Source of the DNA: the human T2T-CHM13v2.0 reference genome, Homo sapiens
Assembly: GCA_009914755.4 (NCBI GenBank)
Contig: CP086569.2
Location: 20,352,001-20,416,000 of the forward strand
Length of the DNA: 64,000 bases
Direction of reading: 5' to 3'
The notes under the pieces were generated by a model. The model was given only the letters and a program-made list of their open reading frames with translations. It did not search any database and was not told the origin of the DNA. This document shows, piece after piece, positions 1 through 12,790 of this stretch (position 1 is the first letter of the stretch; each line of letters opens with the position of its first letter). Made by a program: the position numbers and the translations under genes.

Positions 1-720
1 TAGAAATCCATGGCTGGGCTCAGCTTTGAAAAGGTCTTATCTCATATTCTTTCTATGGAACAAAGTTCCATCAATGCTAGTTTAAAAGGCCTACATAAAA
101 AACAACTATCCTTGCTGCACTTTATTAAAATAATCTGACCAAGTATAATAAAGTAAATATGTCCTATCATGACTTCTCTTTAATAAAAATGGGAAACTGG
201 AGAGAGAAGAATGTTTCCAAAACTATATTATATCCATTGTTAAATTCTAGTCTTGCCTGGTGTTTTTTAATTTTTATTATTTTCTGCAGTTTGAGTTAAA
301 TTCCAAAATAATATTTTCAATTTTTTTCCTTTTTCTTTTACCCCATTTTGTCCTAATTGGAAATCACTAAAACCTAACCTGTGCTTTCTTAATGCTCTGT
401 AAACTGAAGACTAGATGTTTCAGCAGATGCTTCCTCTAGCTCCTTGAAACAGAGAGTGCTACTGGAAACAAACCACCCTCTTATACTCCAGCACTGGGTT
501 GGGTGTCCCATAATGATGACCCCCATTTCAGCAGGAAGTAGCCAAAAAGATTATTATGCCCCATCTCCCTGTGTAGAAACATAATAGAAACCATGCGCCA
601 ATTGATGGTGGGGATTGTGGTAGACCAGGTCTCTGAAACAACTGTTTCAGTACTGACTGAGTGATTAAGTTAAATATTAAAAGCTTAAAAAAAAGCCAGT
701 GACTTTATACAAAGGCTGGG

Positions 721-721
721 A

Positions 722-773
<52 letters not shown>
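721..773 (+). repeat. Uninterrupted poly(A) tract of about 53 nt
   Basis: Pure A run, seen directly. It is probably the tail of a retroposed element or simply A-rich sequence; the upstream element was not identified. Confidence 0.8.
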
Positions 774-775
<2 letters not shown>

Positions 776-1304
776 ACCAAGAGTTTTGACTAGGCCATTC
801 CTGGACCTGAAAGCATGACAAAATAATGAAGGGATTCCTAACAGGACCCATTTAGAACTAAACAAGTTTTATTGTAGGTTTGAGGAAACTCCCCACACCT
901 CCACAGACAAATTTATTGGGGGTTGAAGGAACTCCCCAAACCTCCATGATTTAGCAAGAGACAAAATAAGGATAATCAGCTTAGCACTTAGACCAATTTA
1001 GATTAAGTAAATTTACTGAGGTTCCAGAAGAAGGTCTTCAAGACTCAGACCTTAGTTATAAATTTAAAAAAGCTAATCACTTATATGTTTAGATGAATGT
1101 ACACTTACATATAGACATATAGCTTAGAAAATATATAAGCTCTGGAAAACCTTCTAATTTTGAGTTGTTCTGATAATAATTTCCAGGCCTTCTTCCTGTA
1201 ACCACTCACAGAAATAAAAACTCTCTTCCTCCCCAGCTAATCTGCATCTCATAATTGAACTGTGGTAAATAGTTGCTCAATCCCTCACAGTTTGGTTCAG
1301 AAAC

Positions 1305-1500
1305 ACTATGATGGGGTGTCTGTCTGTGGCCCCATTGTGGGTGCCTAGATTTATGAGTGTCCTAGGTGCTGCCAATGCTACCTTCCTTTTCCTATTTCTC
1401 TAGCCCTATGGTGTGGTATCTGTAGCTTCACTATGGGGTGTCAGTTTGTAGCTCCACTATGGGATGTCTTTGTCTGCAGACCCATTGCATCGTGTCTCCT
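1305..1500. repeat. Minisatellite-like tandem repeat, roughly 40-bp unit in 4-5 copies (cactatggggtgtc.gt.tgt.gc.cc)
   Basis: Repeated cactatgatggggtgtctgtctgtggcccc / cactatggggtgtcagtttgtagctcc units are visible in the sequence. Confidence 0.6.
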
Positions 1501-1695
1501 CAGCTGCTAGAGTGAGGGGTTGATCTTGGCTGGCTCTTTTTAACTAGCAGGAAGAGTCTTTGTTTGGGAGATTTCTCATTCAGAAAGACTTCAAATAGAT
1601 TTCTCAGATGGAGAATAGGAGAAAAGTTTGTAAGGATACTCTTGGAGGTTTTGGTTAGAGATCATCTGATTTGGAAGGCCTTCTGTTTGCCTCAT

Positions 1696-2185
1696 TGTTA
1701 GGTACAGTAAGTTCCTCTTCAAAGAGTCAGCTTGTTCAACTTACTTCTTTGTTTTCTGTTTTCAAAGCCTAGTTTCTTCATTCTTTGTCCCTCCTTGCCC
1801 CTAGTTATGGTAAACAACATTCCCACCAGCTCTAATCAATAACTCACATCTCTTCCCCTGGTTGCCCACTCTGCAGCTATTCTTCCTGCTGAAACCACTT
1901 GTTCTGCCACTCACATCCCCCTTCCCTTCCTTATTTGGGAAAGTATTCACAAATAGCCAGTTGGGTCAGCTTAGATTGTGCGATCTGACACCAGCCCATG
2001 TGGGAGTGACAAATGGGTAGGGACTGCTTTAGGAATAACAACCCTTTTCGTCCTTTGTTTAGTGTGCTCTTGTAACTGTGACTGATGCAGGCAGCACCCT
2101 TCTGCAGAAGTAAATTGTCTTGCTGAGAAAACTTTTTGCCTGAGTGCTAGTTCTTCTTTGCAGCATTGAGTACTTGTTTCTAACA
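1696..2185 (+). repeat. 5' LTR of the HERV provirus
   Basis: Starts TGTTAGG and ends TCTAACA. About 90% identical to 6581-7094. Confidence 0.8.
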
Positions 2186-2187
2186 AT

Positions 2188-2205
2188 CTGGGGGCTCAAT
2201 GAGGA
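2188..2205 (+). promoter_or_regulatory. Candidate primer-binding site (TGGGGGCTCAATGAGGAT) 2 nt downstream of the 5' LTR
   Basis: It begins TGG at the expected position. The first 9 nt match the tRNA-Pro PBS (TGGGGGCTC...); the remainder is diverged. Confidence 0.35.
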
Positions 2206-3599
2206 TTCCCATTCTCCACCAGAGAAAGGGTCACCTCTCATCAGGAGATACATCCTGCTGCCTTATTGTGGTGCCCTCAAGGTGACAGATTGGGACCCAC
2301 TCAGTGCAATGAATAAACCTAGACTCTCAGCAATATGGAAAGAAACAGGCCAACAACTTGGAAGAAAGAATCCTCACATACCATGGCAACCAGGTAAATC
2401 TGTGCACAGACCAAGGTAACAAGCATCACAAAAGTGACAAAGTCCTTCCTTGGTGGTCAGGATATCTTGGAAGTTGAAAGTGTGTGATTCATATTCAAGT
2501 ACACTGAGTGCAGAGTGAGTGAGTGCAATCTGAGATTTGGCTATGGTGCCCCTTTGGGGGTCCTATCAGGGGTTTATACTGACCTGCCAATGTTAAAAGG
2601 GACCTAAATTCACTTTGGGGAAGTGGCCAGAAAGGAAGAAGCAGAAGGAGAAGAGTGCAAGAAACCTCCAGTTGTGGGGGTTGAGCCTCCAGGATAAGAA
2701 AGAAAGAAATCTCCAGTAGGGGGGATTGAGCCTAACACAAACCTTTGGTAATAGACAAGGCAAGACATTTCCAATAGGGGAGATTGAGTGTCACCTCAAA
2801 ACTATTAAGATGGGAAATACCCCAGGTAAGATAGAGGGTAAAAAAGGATAAAGCTAGCAGCAATAACATTCCCCCTGAAAGTTCCCAATAATTTATGCTA
2901 AAATATTGGAAAGACAACGAAAGGACTAAGCACAAGAGAAAGCAACAGATGATAAATATTGTTATGTCATTTGAACCCAGGAACCAATCTTCGAACCCTC
3001 AGTTTTCTGGCCAAAGTTGGAGTCAAATGAGGATTGGATTTGTCAGCTTTTAATAGAACATATGATGACAAAACCTTCATCTCCCAGGAGGAGATAAATT
3101 ATGCCCTATGTTGGTGGCAAGGACCTGTCCTCCTTTACCCTCTAAAAACTGGAGGGAGAAAGTCAAAGACTAACTCCTCTGAAAAAGATAAAGTCCCTAT
3201 TCCTAGACAGCCCAGCAACACACGGGACCCCCTAGACAAACTTGCCCAATCCAATGCTCCTAACTCTAATTTACCTCCCCCTCAAGCAGAGGCAGTTTTC
3301 TCAGATGCTTCTCCTACTCACATTGTCCCACCTCCTTGTACCCCTGCCTCTTGGTAATCATCCCAAGAGCCTCTTCACTACCAGCCTAAGTACGCTTCTC
3401 TGAAAGGACTTCAACGTGAGATAGAGCAATGTAAAAAACGGTATTCAGAACTCCCGATTCCCCTCTACCTCAGGAGAATCAGCTCCAGCCATCTTTTCCT
3501 TAAGAGAGGTGCCCCTAGGAGGAGAAGGCATTAGTTTTATTAATGCTCCTTTAACCAGCATGAAGATCCAAAACCTAAGAGAACTCAAGCCACTATTAG

Positions 3600-4500
3600 A
3601 CAACCTTTATGGGTGTTACCAGACCAAAGAGAAATGTTATCCAAAACCCTCATGAGAGAAGTTCTTTCTCATTTGCATCAAGGGACTCACCGGGGACCTC
3701 AAGCTATGGATGATGCAGCCCTCAGGGTTCATGGATGTACAGGAATTTATACTTTAGCAAGACAATTTACAAATAGCTGCCTGGTACGTAAAAAGACTAA
3801 TAAGCAGACCCTCAGAAAACTATCTCCTGGAAGGAGAAATCCAGGATTAAGTCTGTTCCAAAGTGTCCAATATGATTACACTGAAATGCCCCCAATCGGC
3901 CACTTAAAATATTTATTAATGATAGTAGATCGCCTTCCTCATTGAGCAGAAGCTATTCCCTTTTCAAATGCAACTGCTAATAATGTAGTCAAGGCATTAG
4001 TTGAAAATATTATACCCAGGTTTGGATTAATAGAAAATATCAATTCAGATAATGGGACTCATTTCACTGCTTATGTCACTAAAAAACTAGCACAAATACT
4101 AGATATAACCTGGAACTGCCATACCCCCTGGGACCTACCTTCAACAGGACAAGTAGAAAGAATGAACTACACTTTCAAAAACTGCCTAACTAAATCAGTC
4201 CTAAAAACTCAGTTGCCATGGACTACATGCCTCCCCCTCACCATGTTAAAAATCTGAACTGTCCCGCAGAAAGATACTGGCTTAACCCCTTATGAAATGC
4301 TGTATGGGTTCCCTTATTTACACTCCATTGCTGACATCCCTATGTTCAAAATGGAAGATCAGTTCCTCAAAAACTATATACTTGGTATATCCCCCACTTT
4401 CTCTTCCCTTAGGACCAAAGGCCTCTTAGCACAGATGCCACCCAGTTCACCACACCAGCCCAGAGACTATGTTCTCTTCAAAGGTTAGAAAGATGGGAAG
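3600..4500 (+). pseudogene. Retroviral integrase remnant (pol 3' end) with in-frame stops
   Basis: The translation shows an HHCC-like motif (HLHQGTHRGPQAM...C...C), a DDE core (DYTEMPPIGHLKYLLMIVD...AEAIPF; INSDNGTHFTAY; STGQVERMNYTFKNCLTK) and LTPYEMLYG. These are collinear with MLV-type integrase. The reading frame is interrupted by stops. Confidence 0.8.
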
Positions 4501-4979
4501 CTCGATCCCACCTAGGAAGGACAGTATTTGGTGCTTCTAATGACCAAGTTAGCTGTCCATACTGCTAAAAGGGGATGGATTCATCACACTAGGATCAAAA
4601 GAACACGACGCCCTCCAGAATCATGGACAATTATTCCAGGGCCAACTCCAACCAAGTTAAAGTTAAAACAGGTTTGATCTTCTTATGTTATATTTCTTTA
4701 TCTTCCCCTGCTATTGCTAGTCCTCTCCTTATTAACGTAACCAGGTCAAGTTGACCCCAAACTATTACCTTTGATGCTTGTCTTATTATACCCTGTGAAG
4801 ATCTCCAAAGTCAAAGGCAACTCTTAGCCTCACAGAAGTATCTCTTCCCCTTTAAGACAAAAGGCTCTCCCTCTCAAGACCCTTGTTCCTTAACAAATGC
4901 AGGAAAACATATCTGCAATAGGGAAAATGAAATTATGTGAACAACCAAATATCAAGACTGGACCTCATCAACAGATGGT

Positions 4980-6562
4980 TGTATGTCTTTAAAACCATAC
5001 ATTCACTTTGCTAAAGGAAGCACCCCACCCCCAATTGCCAGTATAACTAATCTAATCCAGTGCAAATTTCTGTCTTACTCCCACTTCTCCTACTTAAGTC
5101 ACTTATACAGCATGGGAGCTGAAATGTCAGGGACATATCTTAATGGATCTTTCAAGATATATTATATTACTCCTTCGCCTCCTACACTTCCTTCTACACT
5201 ATCCCCCAAGGAAACTAGTATTCTTCCTCTACATAATGATAAAATCAAAGTGGCTATTGTAGAACTTAAGGATTTAAAACAAACTGTAGCCTTTGAAATA
5301 GGATATCAAGATGCAAATGATTGGTTGGAATGGATTAAATATTCCGTTTGAACTCTAAACAAAAGCTATTGTTATGCTTGTGCATACCGTAGACCAGAGG
5401 CGCAGGTCATCCCCTCTCCACTGGGATGGTCATCCAGCTGACCAGGCATGTAGCTCTTTTCCAAGATCCCACAGCCTAGGGCAATAAATCCTGCCAAAGT
5501 CTCTCTCTGCTACTCCATGAAGTCCAACACCCTGTGGGTCAGCCCCCAAGGGCCATTCAGCCTCCGTCTTCTGACACCAATTTTACCTCATGTCTCTCAC
5601 AACAAGGGGTAAATTTGGCATTTCTTGGAAACCTAAAGGGTTCCAGTGAAACTACAGCCCTTCCAAGAGCCTACCAATCAGTCTGCCCTTGTTCATCCTT
5701 GAGCAGCTATATGGTGATATTGTGGTGGACCCTTACTGGACACTCTGCAAGTAACTGGAGTGGCACTTGTGCCCTAGTCCAATTGGCCATCCCTTTCACC
5801 CTAGCATACTGTCAACATGATAAAAAAAAAAATTGTAAAAGAAGAAATGCCCCTCATGGATCTTTTGACTCTCTTGTTTATATAGATGCTATTGGAATCT
5901 CATGAGGGGTACCAAATGAATTTAATGCCTGAAATCAAATAGCTGCAGGATTTGAATCTGTGCTGTTTTTGATGGTCAACTCTAAACAAAAATGTAGATT
6001 GGATAAATTACATTTATTATCATCAGCAAAGTTTTGTCAATTACACAAGACATGCCATCAAAGAGACTGCTAAACAATTAGGCCTCACCAGCTAAATGGC
6101 CTGGGAAAATAGAATGGCCCTTGACATGATGTTAGCCAAAAAAAGGGGAGTCTGTGTCATGACTGGAGTCCAACATTGTACCTTTATTCCTAATAACACA
6201 GTCACCAATGGGACAACTACAAAACTTTGCAGGGCCTGACCTCCTCTTTATTCAATGAGTTGGCAAATAATTCTGGAACAAATGACCCCTCTACAAGTTT
6301 AATGGAAACATGGTTTGGGTAATGGAAAGAATTAATGTCCTTAATATGTACTTGTCTTGCAATTGTTGTAGGTGTCATTATTCTTGTTGGATGCTGTATC
6401 ATACGATGCATTCATGGATTAGTACAAAGACTCATAGAGACAGCAATTACCAAAACCTCTCTTATCGCTCCTCTACCTTATTCAGATAAGCTTTTCCTTT
6501 TAGAAAACCAAGCAGAACAGCAAAGCCAAGACATGGTAAAAAGGTTGGAAGAGGAATTATAA
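4980..6562 (+). pseudogene. Retroviral env remnant (SU, TM, membrane anchor and cytoplasmic tail), gamma-type
   Basis: A basic, furin-like stretch (KKKNCKRR) is followed by an immunosuppressive-domain-like WENRMALDMMLAKKGGVCVM...C.F..N.T motif near 6100-6200. A hydrophobic anchor (LICTCLAIVVGVIILVGCCII) and a cytoplasmic tail end at 6562. The frame is broken into 122-, 123- and 75-aa ORFs. Confidence 0.75.
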
Positions 6563-6580
6563 AAATTAAGAGAGGGAAAT

Positions 6581-7094
6581 TGTTAGGTATAGTAAGTTCC
6601 TCTTCAAAGAGTCATCTCGTTCTACTTTCTTGTTCTTTGTTTTCTATTTTTTTGTTCTTTGTTTTCTATTTTCGAAGCCTAGCTTTCTCATACTTTGTGC
6701 TTGTTTGTCCCTAGTTAATGGTAAACAACCTTCCCACCAGTTCTAAAAAATAATTGACATCTCTTCCCTTGGTTACCTGCTCTGCAGCTATTCTTCCCTC
6801 CAAAATGTCCTGCCATTGTAAACCACACCACCTTCCCTTCCTTATTTTGTAAAGTATTCACAAATAGCCAATAGGGTCAGCTTAGATTGTGTGGTCCAAC
6901 CCCAGCCCAGGGGGGAGTGACACAGAGGCACAGACTGCGGGAGGGATAAAAGCCCTTTCCCTCCATTGTTTGGTATGTTCTTGCGATCATGACTGATACA
7001 GGCAGCAGCCCTCTGCAGAGGTAAATTGCCTTGCTGAGAAAACTTTTTGCCTAAGTACTAGTTCTATTTTGTGGTCAAGCACTTGTTTCTAACA
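6581..7094 (+). repeat. 3' LTR of the HERV provirus
   Basis: A PPT lies at 6561-6580. The LTR has TG...CA termini and is followed by the TSD tcat. Confidence 0.8.
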
Positions 7095-8239
7095 TCATCT
7101 TTATGTGTGTTTGTATATGTGGTGAAATAACTCAGAAGGAATTGCTGAAGTACAGCAGGCCTAACTCAGAGAGCCCTCCATATTTGTCTGGTTATATTCA
7201 GCGAGCCTTGAAGAAAGTTCAACAGCCTGTCTTTGGGTGACTATCTGCTCTTTACCTTTCCCAGAGACCCCATCATAAATTTTCACTCTGAAACCATCCT
7301 TCCCCACCTGGAGTAGATCAAAGACAACAAGTACCAAGGGGAAAAAGTTTGAGCTTTGCCAGGTTGATATTGGGTGCTGAACGAAGTGGCTAGTGTCTGT
7401 TTTGTTATGTGTGTTTTGCTGGGATAAAAAAAAAAATGTTAATTCAGTTCTCCACACAGCCTGTTGGGCAGCATCTTGCAAATTAAGAATTTTGCCTATG
7501 GTTCCATAAAATAGAAAAAGTTCCTTTTCTCTTGTAAAGTGGCTTGAACCTCACAGCTATGGCACAAGCAACAGGGTCATCAGAAGCTGCCCTGTTCTTC
7601 TGGAAACTGCAGAGAAAGGGAAACTGGAAATCTGGTATGCCAGCAAAAAGGGTAAGAAATTCTTACCAGCCAAGTTTCTGTACTTTCTCTCTGTCTATCT
7701 GTGTTATGGTAAATATCACTATTCATCTCTCTTCAAGGGTCTGATCAATAGAAAAATGATTTATAAGATTCGTCTTAGTGTATAGCAAATGTAGTGTACT
7801 TTGTGCTGAAAATTTGTCTTTCTGTGTTCTGTAATGGGGAGAGGCATATCATGGAATGAAATGTGGATTTAGCATCCCTATAAGCCTGCTTTTTAAGCCA
7901 GTTCAGCAGGCTGATCAGGTACAAACTTTGCTATGGGTCCCTGAAACCAATATTGTATGAAATTTCTCTATCTTGTTTTGTCTCCTTAAGAGCTTAAACT
8001 TGTGACCCTGTGGGGATACTTTAATTTCCACCATCCAGAGGACAGGAATTTCCACCATCCAGAGGACAGGAATTTTGGGGCCCATGTGATAACACTAATT
8101 TTTTTCCCCTAAGCAGTTAAAAAGCCTTTGCAAGCTTGAAATTGGCTTCTCTAGGTTCCTAGGAAGAGCAGTAGAAACTGTTCAATGCTACAGCATTCAT
8201 TTACGAATCAGTAGCAATCCTAAGGAAAAAGAACAAATC

Positions 8240-9950
8240 TGGAGCCTTTGCATTGCTGGACTATAGGTACCAAAACAGTACAATACTGGTATAAAAATTG
8301 GCATGCAGATTAATGGAATACAAGAGAAACACAGAAATAAAGCCAAATATGTACTGCAAACTGATCTTCAGCAAAATGTACAATAACATAGTTTGGGGAA
8401 TGAATATCCTACGTAATAAATGGTGATGGGAGGCCAGGCGCGGTGGCTTATGACTGTATTCCCAGCACTTTGGGAGGCAGAGGCGGGTGGATCATGAGGT
8501 CAGGAGATCGAGACCATCCTGGCTAACAAGGTGAAACCCCGTCTCTACTGAAAATGTAAAAAATTAGCCAGGCGTGGTGGCAGGCAACTGTAGTCCCAGT
8601 TACTCAGGAGGCTGAGGCAGGAGAATGACGTGAACCCAGGAAGTGGAGCTTGCAGTAAGCTGAGATCACACCACTGCACTCTAGCCTGGGTAGCAGAGCA
8701 AGAAGCCACATGTAGAAGAATGAAACTGGATCTGTATCTCCCAACTAATATGAAAATAAACACAAGATAGATGAAATACTTAAATCTAAGACCAGAAACT
8801 ATAAAAATTCTCGGGACAATGTTGGAAAAACTCTTCTAGACATTAACCTAGACAAAGAATGTATGACTAAGATCCCAAAACCAAACGCAAAAAGAATGAA
8901 GTAAACAAAATGGTTCTAATTAAACTATAAATCTTCTGCATGGTAAAAGAAATAATCAGCAAACATCCCATAGGAGAAAATGTTTGCAGGCTACCTATCT
9001 AACAGTAAGAGTATCCAAAATCAACAAGGAACTCAAACAAATCAGTAAGAAAAAAGCAAATACTCCCATCAAAATGTGGGCAAAGTACATGAACAGACAT
9101 TTCTCAAAAGAAGAAACATAAATGGCCAACAAATATTAATGTACAAAAAAATGTTCAACATACCTAATCATCAGAGAAACACAAATTAAAACCACAATGA
9201 GATACCACCTTACTCCTGCAAGAATGACCATTATTGAAAAGCCAACAAACAATAGGTATTGGCATGGATGGGGGAAAAGGCAACACTTATACTTTGCCAA
9301 AGGGAATGTAAATTAGTACAACCTCTATGGAAAGCAGTGTGGAGATTCCTTAAGGAAACAGAAGTAGAACTAACATTTGATCTAGCAATCACACTATTAT
9401 CTGTCTACCCAAAGAAAAAAGAAGTTGTTATATAAAAACAACATTTGCACATGTATGTTTATAGCAGCATAATTCACACTTGCAAAGATCAGAGATCAAC
9501 ATATATGCTACCCATTGACTGATGCCTGGATAAAGAAAATATGGTGTGTATACACAATGGAATACTATTCAGCCATAAAAAGGAACAAAATAATGTCTTT
9601 CACAGCAACTTGGAGCTGAAGGCCATTATTCTAAGTGAAATAACACAGGAGTGAAAAACCAAAAACTGTATGTTGTCACTTACATGTGGGAGTTAAGCTA
9701 TGAGTACAGAAGTCATGCAGAGTGATACAGTGAACTTGAGATGCAGAAGGTAAAGAGTGAGATGGGGCCAGTGATAAAAGAACCACACATTAGGTACTAT
9801 ATATACTACTCAAGTAACAGATGCACTAAAATCTCAGAATTCATCACTATATTATTCACCCATGTAACAAAAAAAACACTTGTAACCCCAAAAGCTATTG
9901 AAATAAAAAGTTTTAAATAACAGAAATTAAGCCACCAAGGAAATTTGTCA
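8240..9950 (+). mobile_element. Ancient L1 (L1M/L1P-type) 3' region fragments, interrupted by an Alu
   Basis: Diverged L1 ORF2 C-terminal and 3' UTR motifs (aaaaccacaatgagataccaccttactcctgcaagaatgaccattattgaaaag, cttctagacattaacctagacaaagaatgtatgactaagatccc). Confidence 0.6.
8432..8705 (+). mobile_element. Alu element (S/Y-like), no long poly(A)
   Basis: ggccaggcgcggtggctta...gatcatgaggtcaggagatcgagaccatcc...ctgcactctagcctgggtagcagagcaag. Confidence 0.9.
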
Positions 9951-10182
9951 ACTTAAAAAAAATGTAACAACATGTTTTAGGATCACATAGGACACAGACA
10001 GTTCAACATTTTCCTTTCCTCAACAGTTTTATTGCATCTTCAGAAAATTTCTGTAAAAGTGTTACAGAAGCATAAATCTAACAAAGTTGAAAGAAATTAT
10101 AAGCACAGAATTAAAATATTTACATTTTCAAGCAAACTCAACTGTCCTTAATTTTCAATATTTTATAGTGAACAGAAAAACA

Positions 10183-10472
10183 GGCTGGGCATGGCTGCTC
10201 ATGTCTGTAATCCCAGCACTTTGGGAGGTAGAGGCAGGCGGATCACTTGAGCCCAGGTGGTTTAGAACAGCCTGGGCAACATGGCTAAACACTGTCTCTA
10301 CAAAAAAAAAAAAAAAAAAAAAAATTAACGAAGCATGTTTACACAGGCCTATAGTCCTAGCTTCTCCAGAGGCTGATTGTGGGAGGACCACTGAGCCCAG
10401 GGATGTAGAGGCTGCAGTGAGTTCTGACTGTGCCTCTGCACTCCAGCCTGGATAACAGTGAGACATTGCCTC
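10183..10472 (+). mobile_element. Alu element followed by an A-rich / (GAAA)n simple repeat (10473-10550)
   Basis: ggctgggcatggctgctcatgtctgtaatcccagcactttgggagg... with a mid A-run, then (gaaa)n and (gga)n. Confidence 0.9.
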
Positions 10473-10904
10473 AAAAAAAAAAAAAAAGAAAGAAAGAAAG
10501 AAAGAAAAGAAAAAAGGAGAAGAAGAAGGAGGAGGAGGAAAATAAATTAAAGTTTCTTCATTAGAAGATCATAAAATATTTGAGATTGGTTCATAGAAAC
10601 TAATTTACAACCTTTAAGTTAGGTTATAAATCTCATACAATTAGTTGTGTTTCAGTGTAATTTTAAGTTGAAATATACCCAATAGCATATACCTGGCATA
10701 AGAAGATACGCAGCAAACAAAACAAAGAAGTTACAATATCAAATGCTTTTACCAAATTTATTCTCCCAAACACTCAATTTTGATGACATTATTTATAAAT
10801 GTCAATGATCTCTGTCATCAGAGCTTTGTGTGGAAAAAAGTCAATAGGTAGGTAGGTGAGGCTCTTTTTCCTCATTATATTTTCCTTTTAAAAGACGTTC
10901 CAAA

Positions 10905-11439
10905 TGAAAACAAATTTATTCAAAGCAGTTTCTATACATTGAAAATTAAAGAAACATTTCAGCAATTTCATAACAAAAGTTTAAAATAAAAAGACATCTT
11001 TCTAAATCTTCTAGCTAGAGGGTTTATCTTATATAAAGCTGAAATATTTTCATATGTAATAATGTCCCTCCTCCACAGAAGTAGTTGTACTTTGATAAAT
11101 ATAAACAAGGATGAACACTAGAACACACAGTATACAGTGGGATTTGACTTCTCATCAGTGGTCCTTCTCCAAGGCCACATCCCTGGGATTTAAGCATTCC
11201 AGAGAGGAGCCAAGGAGAATCTGGAGTTCATTTGTACATTCTAGTAAATCTAGTAGTTTGTTGCTTTCCAGATTGAAGGCTTCCAAGTCTTTGGAGGAAG
11301 AGAACAAGATACTTGCTGAAACCTGTCTGTAAAACTCTGCCTCTGCAATTGGGACAATTTTCAGATGTGGAAAACTCCAGCGAAATATGCAGGATGACAT
11401 TTTCACTTTCTTAAGTACATCTGAAAGCAATAACCAGTT
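10905..11439 (-). pseudogene. BCORP1: Terminal exon of the BCOR-derived pseudogene (PUFD domain C-terminus, stop, short 3' UTR with AATAAA)
   Basis: The minus-strand 3' acceptor reads ttttctttttattttgcag|ACCACAAAACTGG. The exon translates to [96 protein letters not shown]. This closely parallels the BCOR C-terminus as I recall it ([21 protein letters not shown]...[49 protein letters not shown]...). A minus-strand AATAAA lies at + coordinates 10915-10920, about 235 nt past the stop. The symbol assignment to the Y-linked BCOR pseudogene is an inference. Confidence 0.7.
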
Positions 11440-12009
11440 TTGTGGTCTGCAAAATAAAAAGAAAAGGTAGTCCCAATTTCTGGCAAAAATAAAATTTCCC
11501 CCAACCATTAATTATCATATTGAAAAAGCTACCTTATAGGCATAACAGGAGTCACTTACTTTCACTTCAACACCCCTGCCATTTCTCACCATGCCCACTC
11601 ATAGACCAACATTCTTCTTTCAAGGTAAGGGTAAGTACCTACTTCTGATGAGGGTAACTCTGGATTCATCTGGTTATCAGACATTTGTAGAAGAACAAAC
11701 TGAATTATATAAAGCAAGGGAAACACCTTAGTGAGATTTATTATAACAGTTCCTCCACTGCTCTCATTGCTGATGAAAAAATTAAACTCCTGTTGACTCA
11801 GCTCTCACCATAATTTGGGTAATGACTCTTAATATGTCTCACTAGGCTTACTGAGATAAGTGAGTCTGTACCCCAACCCAAAAGGATGACTATAAACACC
11901 TCTTTGATCTTCCCTCTCCCCCAAGTCCATTCCTTTCACACACTCTGCAACACAACTTTACTATTTCTATTTATAATAAACTTCTAATCAAAACCACAAT
12001 ATTATCTTC

Positions 12010-12790
12010 TCTTAGTTAGGATGCCTATTATCAAAAGACAAAAATATGTTGGTGAGAATGCAGAGAAAAGAGAATGTGTCTATGCTGTTGGTGAATTCCT
12101 CAAAAATGAAAAATAAAATTAACATGTGATTCCGCAATCTCATGGCTAGGTATATATCCCAAAGAAATCAAATCAGTATATCAGTAAGGTATCTGCACTC
12201 TCATGTCTACTGCAGCACTATTCACAATAGCCATGATATGGAATCAACCTAAGTGTCCATCAACAGACAAGTGGATTTTAAAATGGAATATATTTACATA
12301 ATGGAGTGCTAGTCCACCACAAAATGACTTGAATCTTGATATTTGCAACACAGGTGGACTTGGAGGTCATTCTATTAAATGAAATAAACCAGGCACAGAA
12401 AGTTCTACCTATAGGTAGGAAATAAAAAATGTTAACCTCATAGAGGTATGGAGTAGAAGGGTGAGTACTAGAAGCTAGGCAGTGTAGGTGGGAGAGGGAA
12501 TTAAGAGGAGATGATTAAATGGCTATTAAAATACAGTTAGAGAGAAGGAATAACATCCAGTATTTGATAGCACAGTAGGAAAATTATAGTTAACTATAAT
12601 GTATAGTCTGTTTCTAGAAGAGAAGGTTTTAATATTTCTAATACAAAGACATAATACATGTTTGAAGTGATGGGTATCCCAAGTGCCCTCATTTGATGCT
12701 TACATATTGTATGCATGTATCAAAATATCACATGAACCCTCAAATGTAAGAATCCATGGCATACTAACAAAAAATAAAGTGAAATAAAAC
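12010..12790 (+). mobile_element. L1 3'-end fragment (ORF2 C-terminus and 3' UTR)
   Basis: gatgcctattatcaaaagacaaaaat...ggtgagaatgcagagaaaagagaatgt...tatatatcccaaagaaatcaaatcagtatatc...ctactgcagcactattcacaatagccatgatatggaatcaacctaagtgtccatcaacag, a typical L1PA/L1PB 3' region. Confidence 0.8.

Larger units (their letters stand above)
1696..7094 (+). mobile_element. Class I (gammaretrovirus-like) endogenous retrovirus provirus, internally deleted: LTR, gag remnant, integrase, env, LTR
   Basis: Two about 500-bp direct repeats (1696-2185 and 6581-7094) share the TG...CA termini and long identical stretches (ctgat.caggcagca.cc.tctgcaga.gtaaattg.cttgctgagaaaactttttgcct). A polypurine tract (aaaaattaagagagggaaat) lies just 5' of the 3' LTR. 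A 4-bp TSD (tcat) flanks the element at 1692-1695 and 7095-7098. The interior has integrase and env homology. At about 4.4 kb the interior is well short of the 7-8 kb of an intact gammaretroviral provirus, so gag, protease and RT are largely deleted. Confidence 0.85.

Noticed and set aside
2620-2800. Three imperfect ~45-bp repeats (..tccagt.gggggattgagcct..) that looked like a regulatory array
   Set aside because: They lie in the leader and gag-proximal region of the HERV interior and are most simply part of that element's own sequence. No independent evidence of function.
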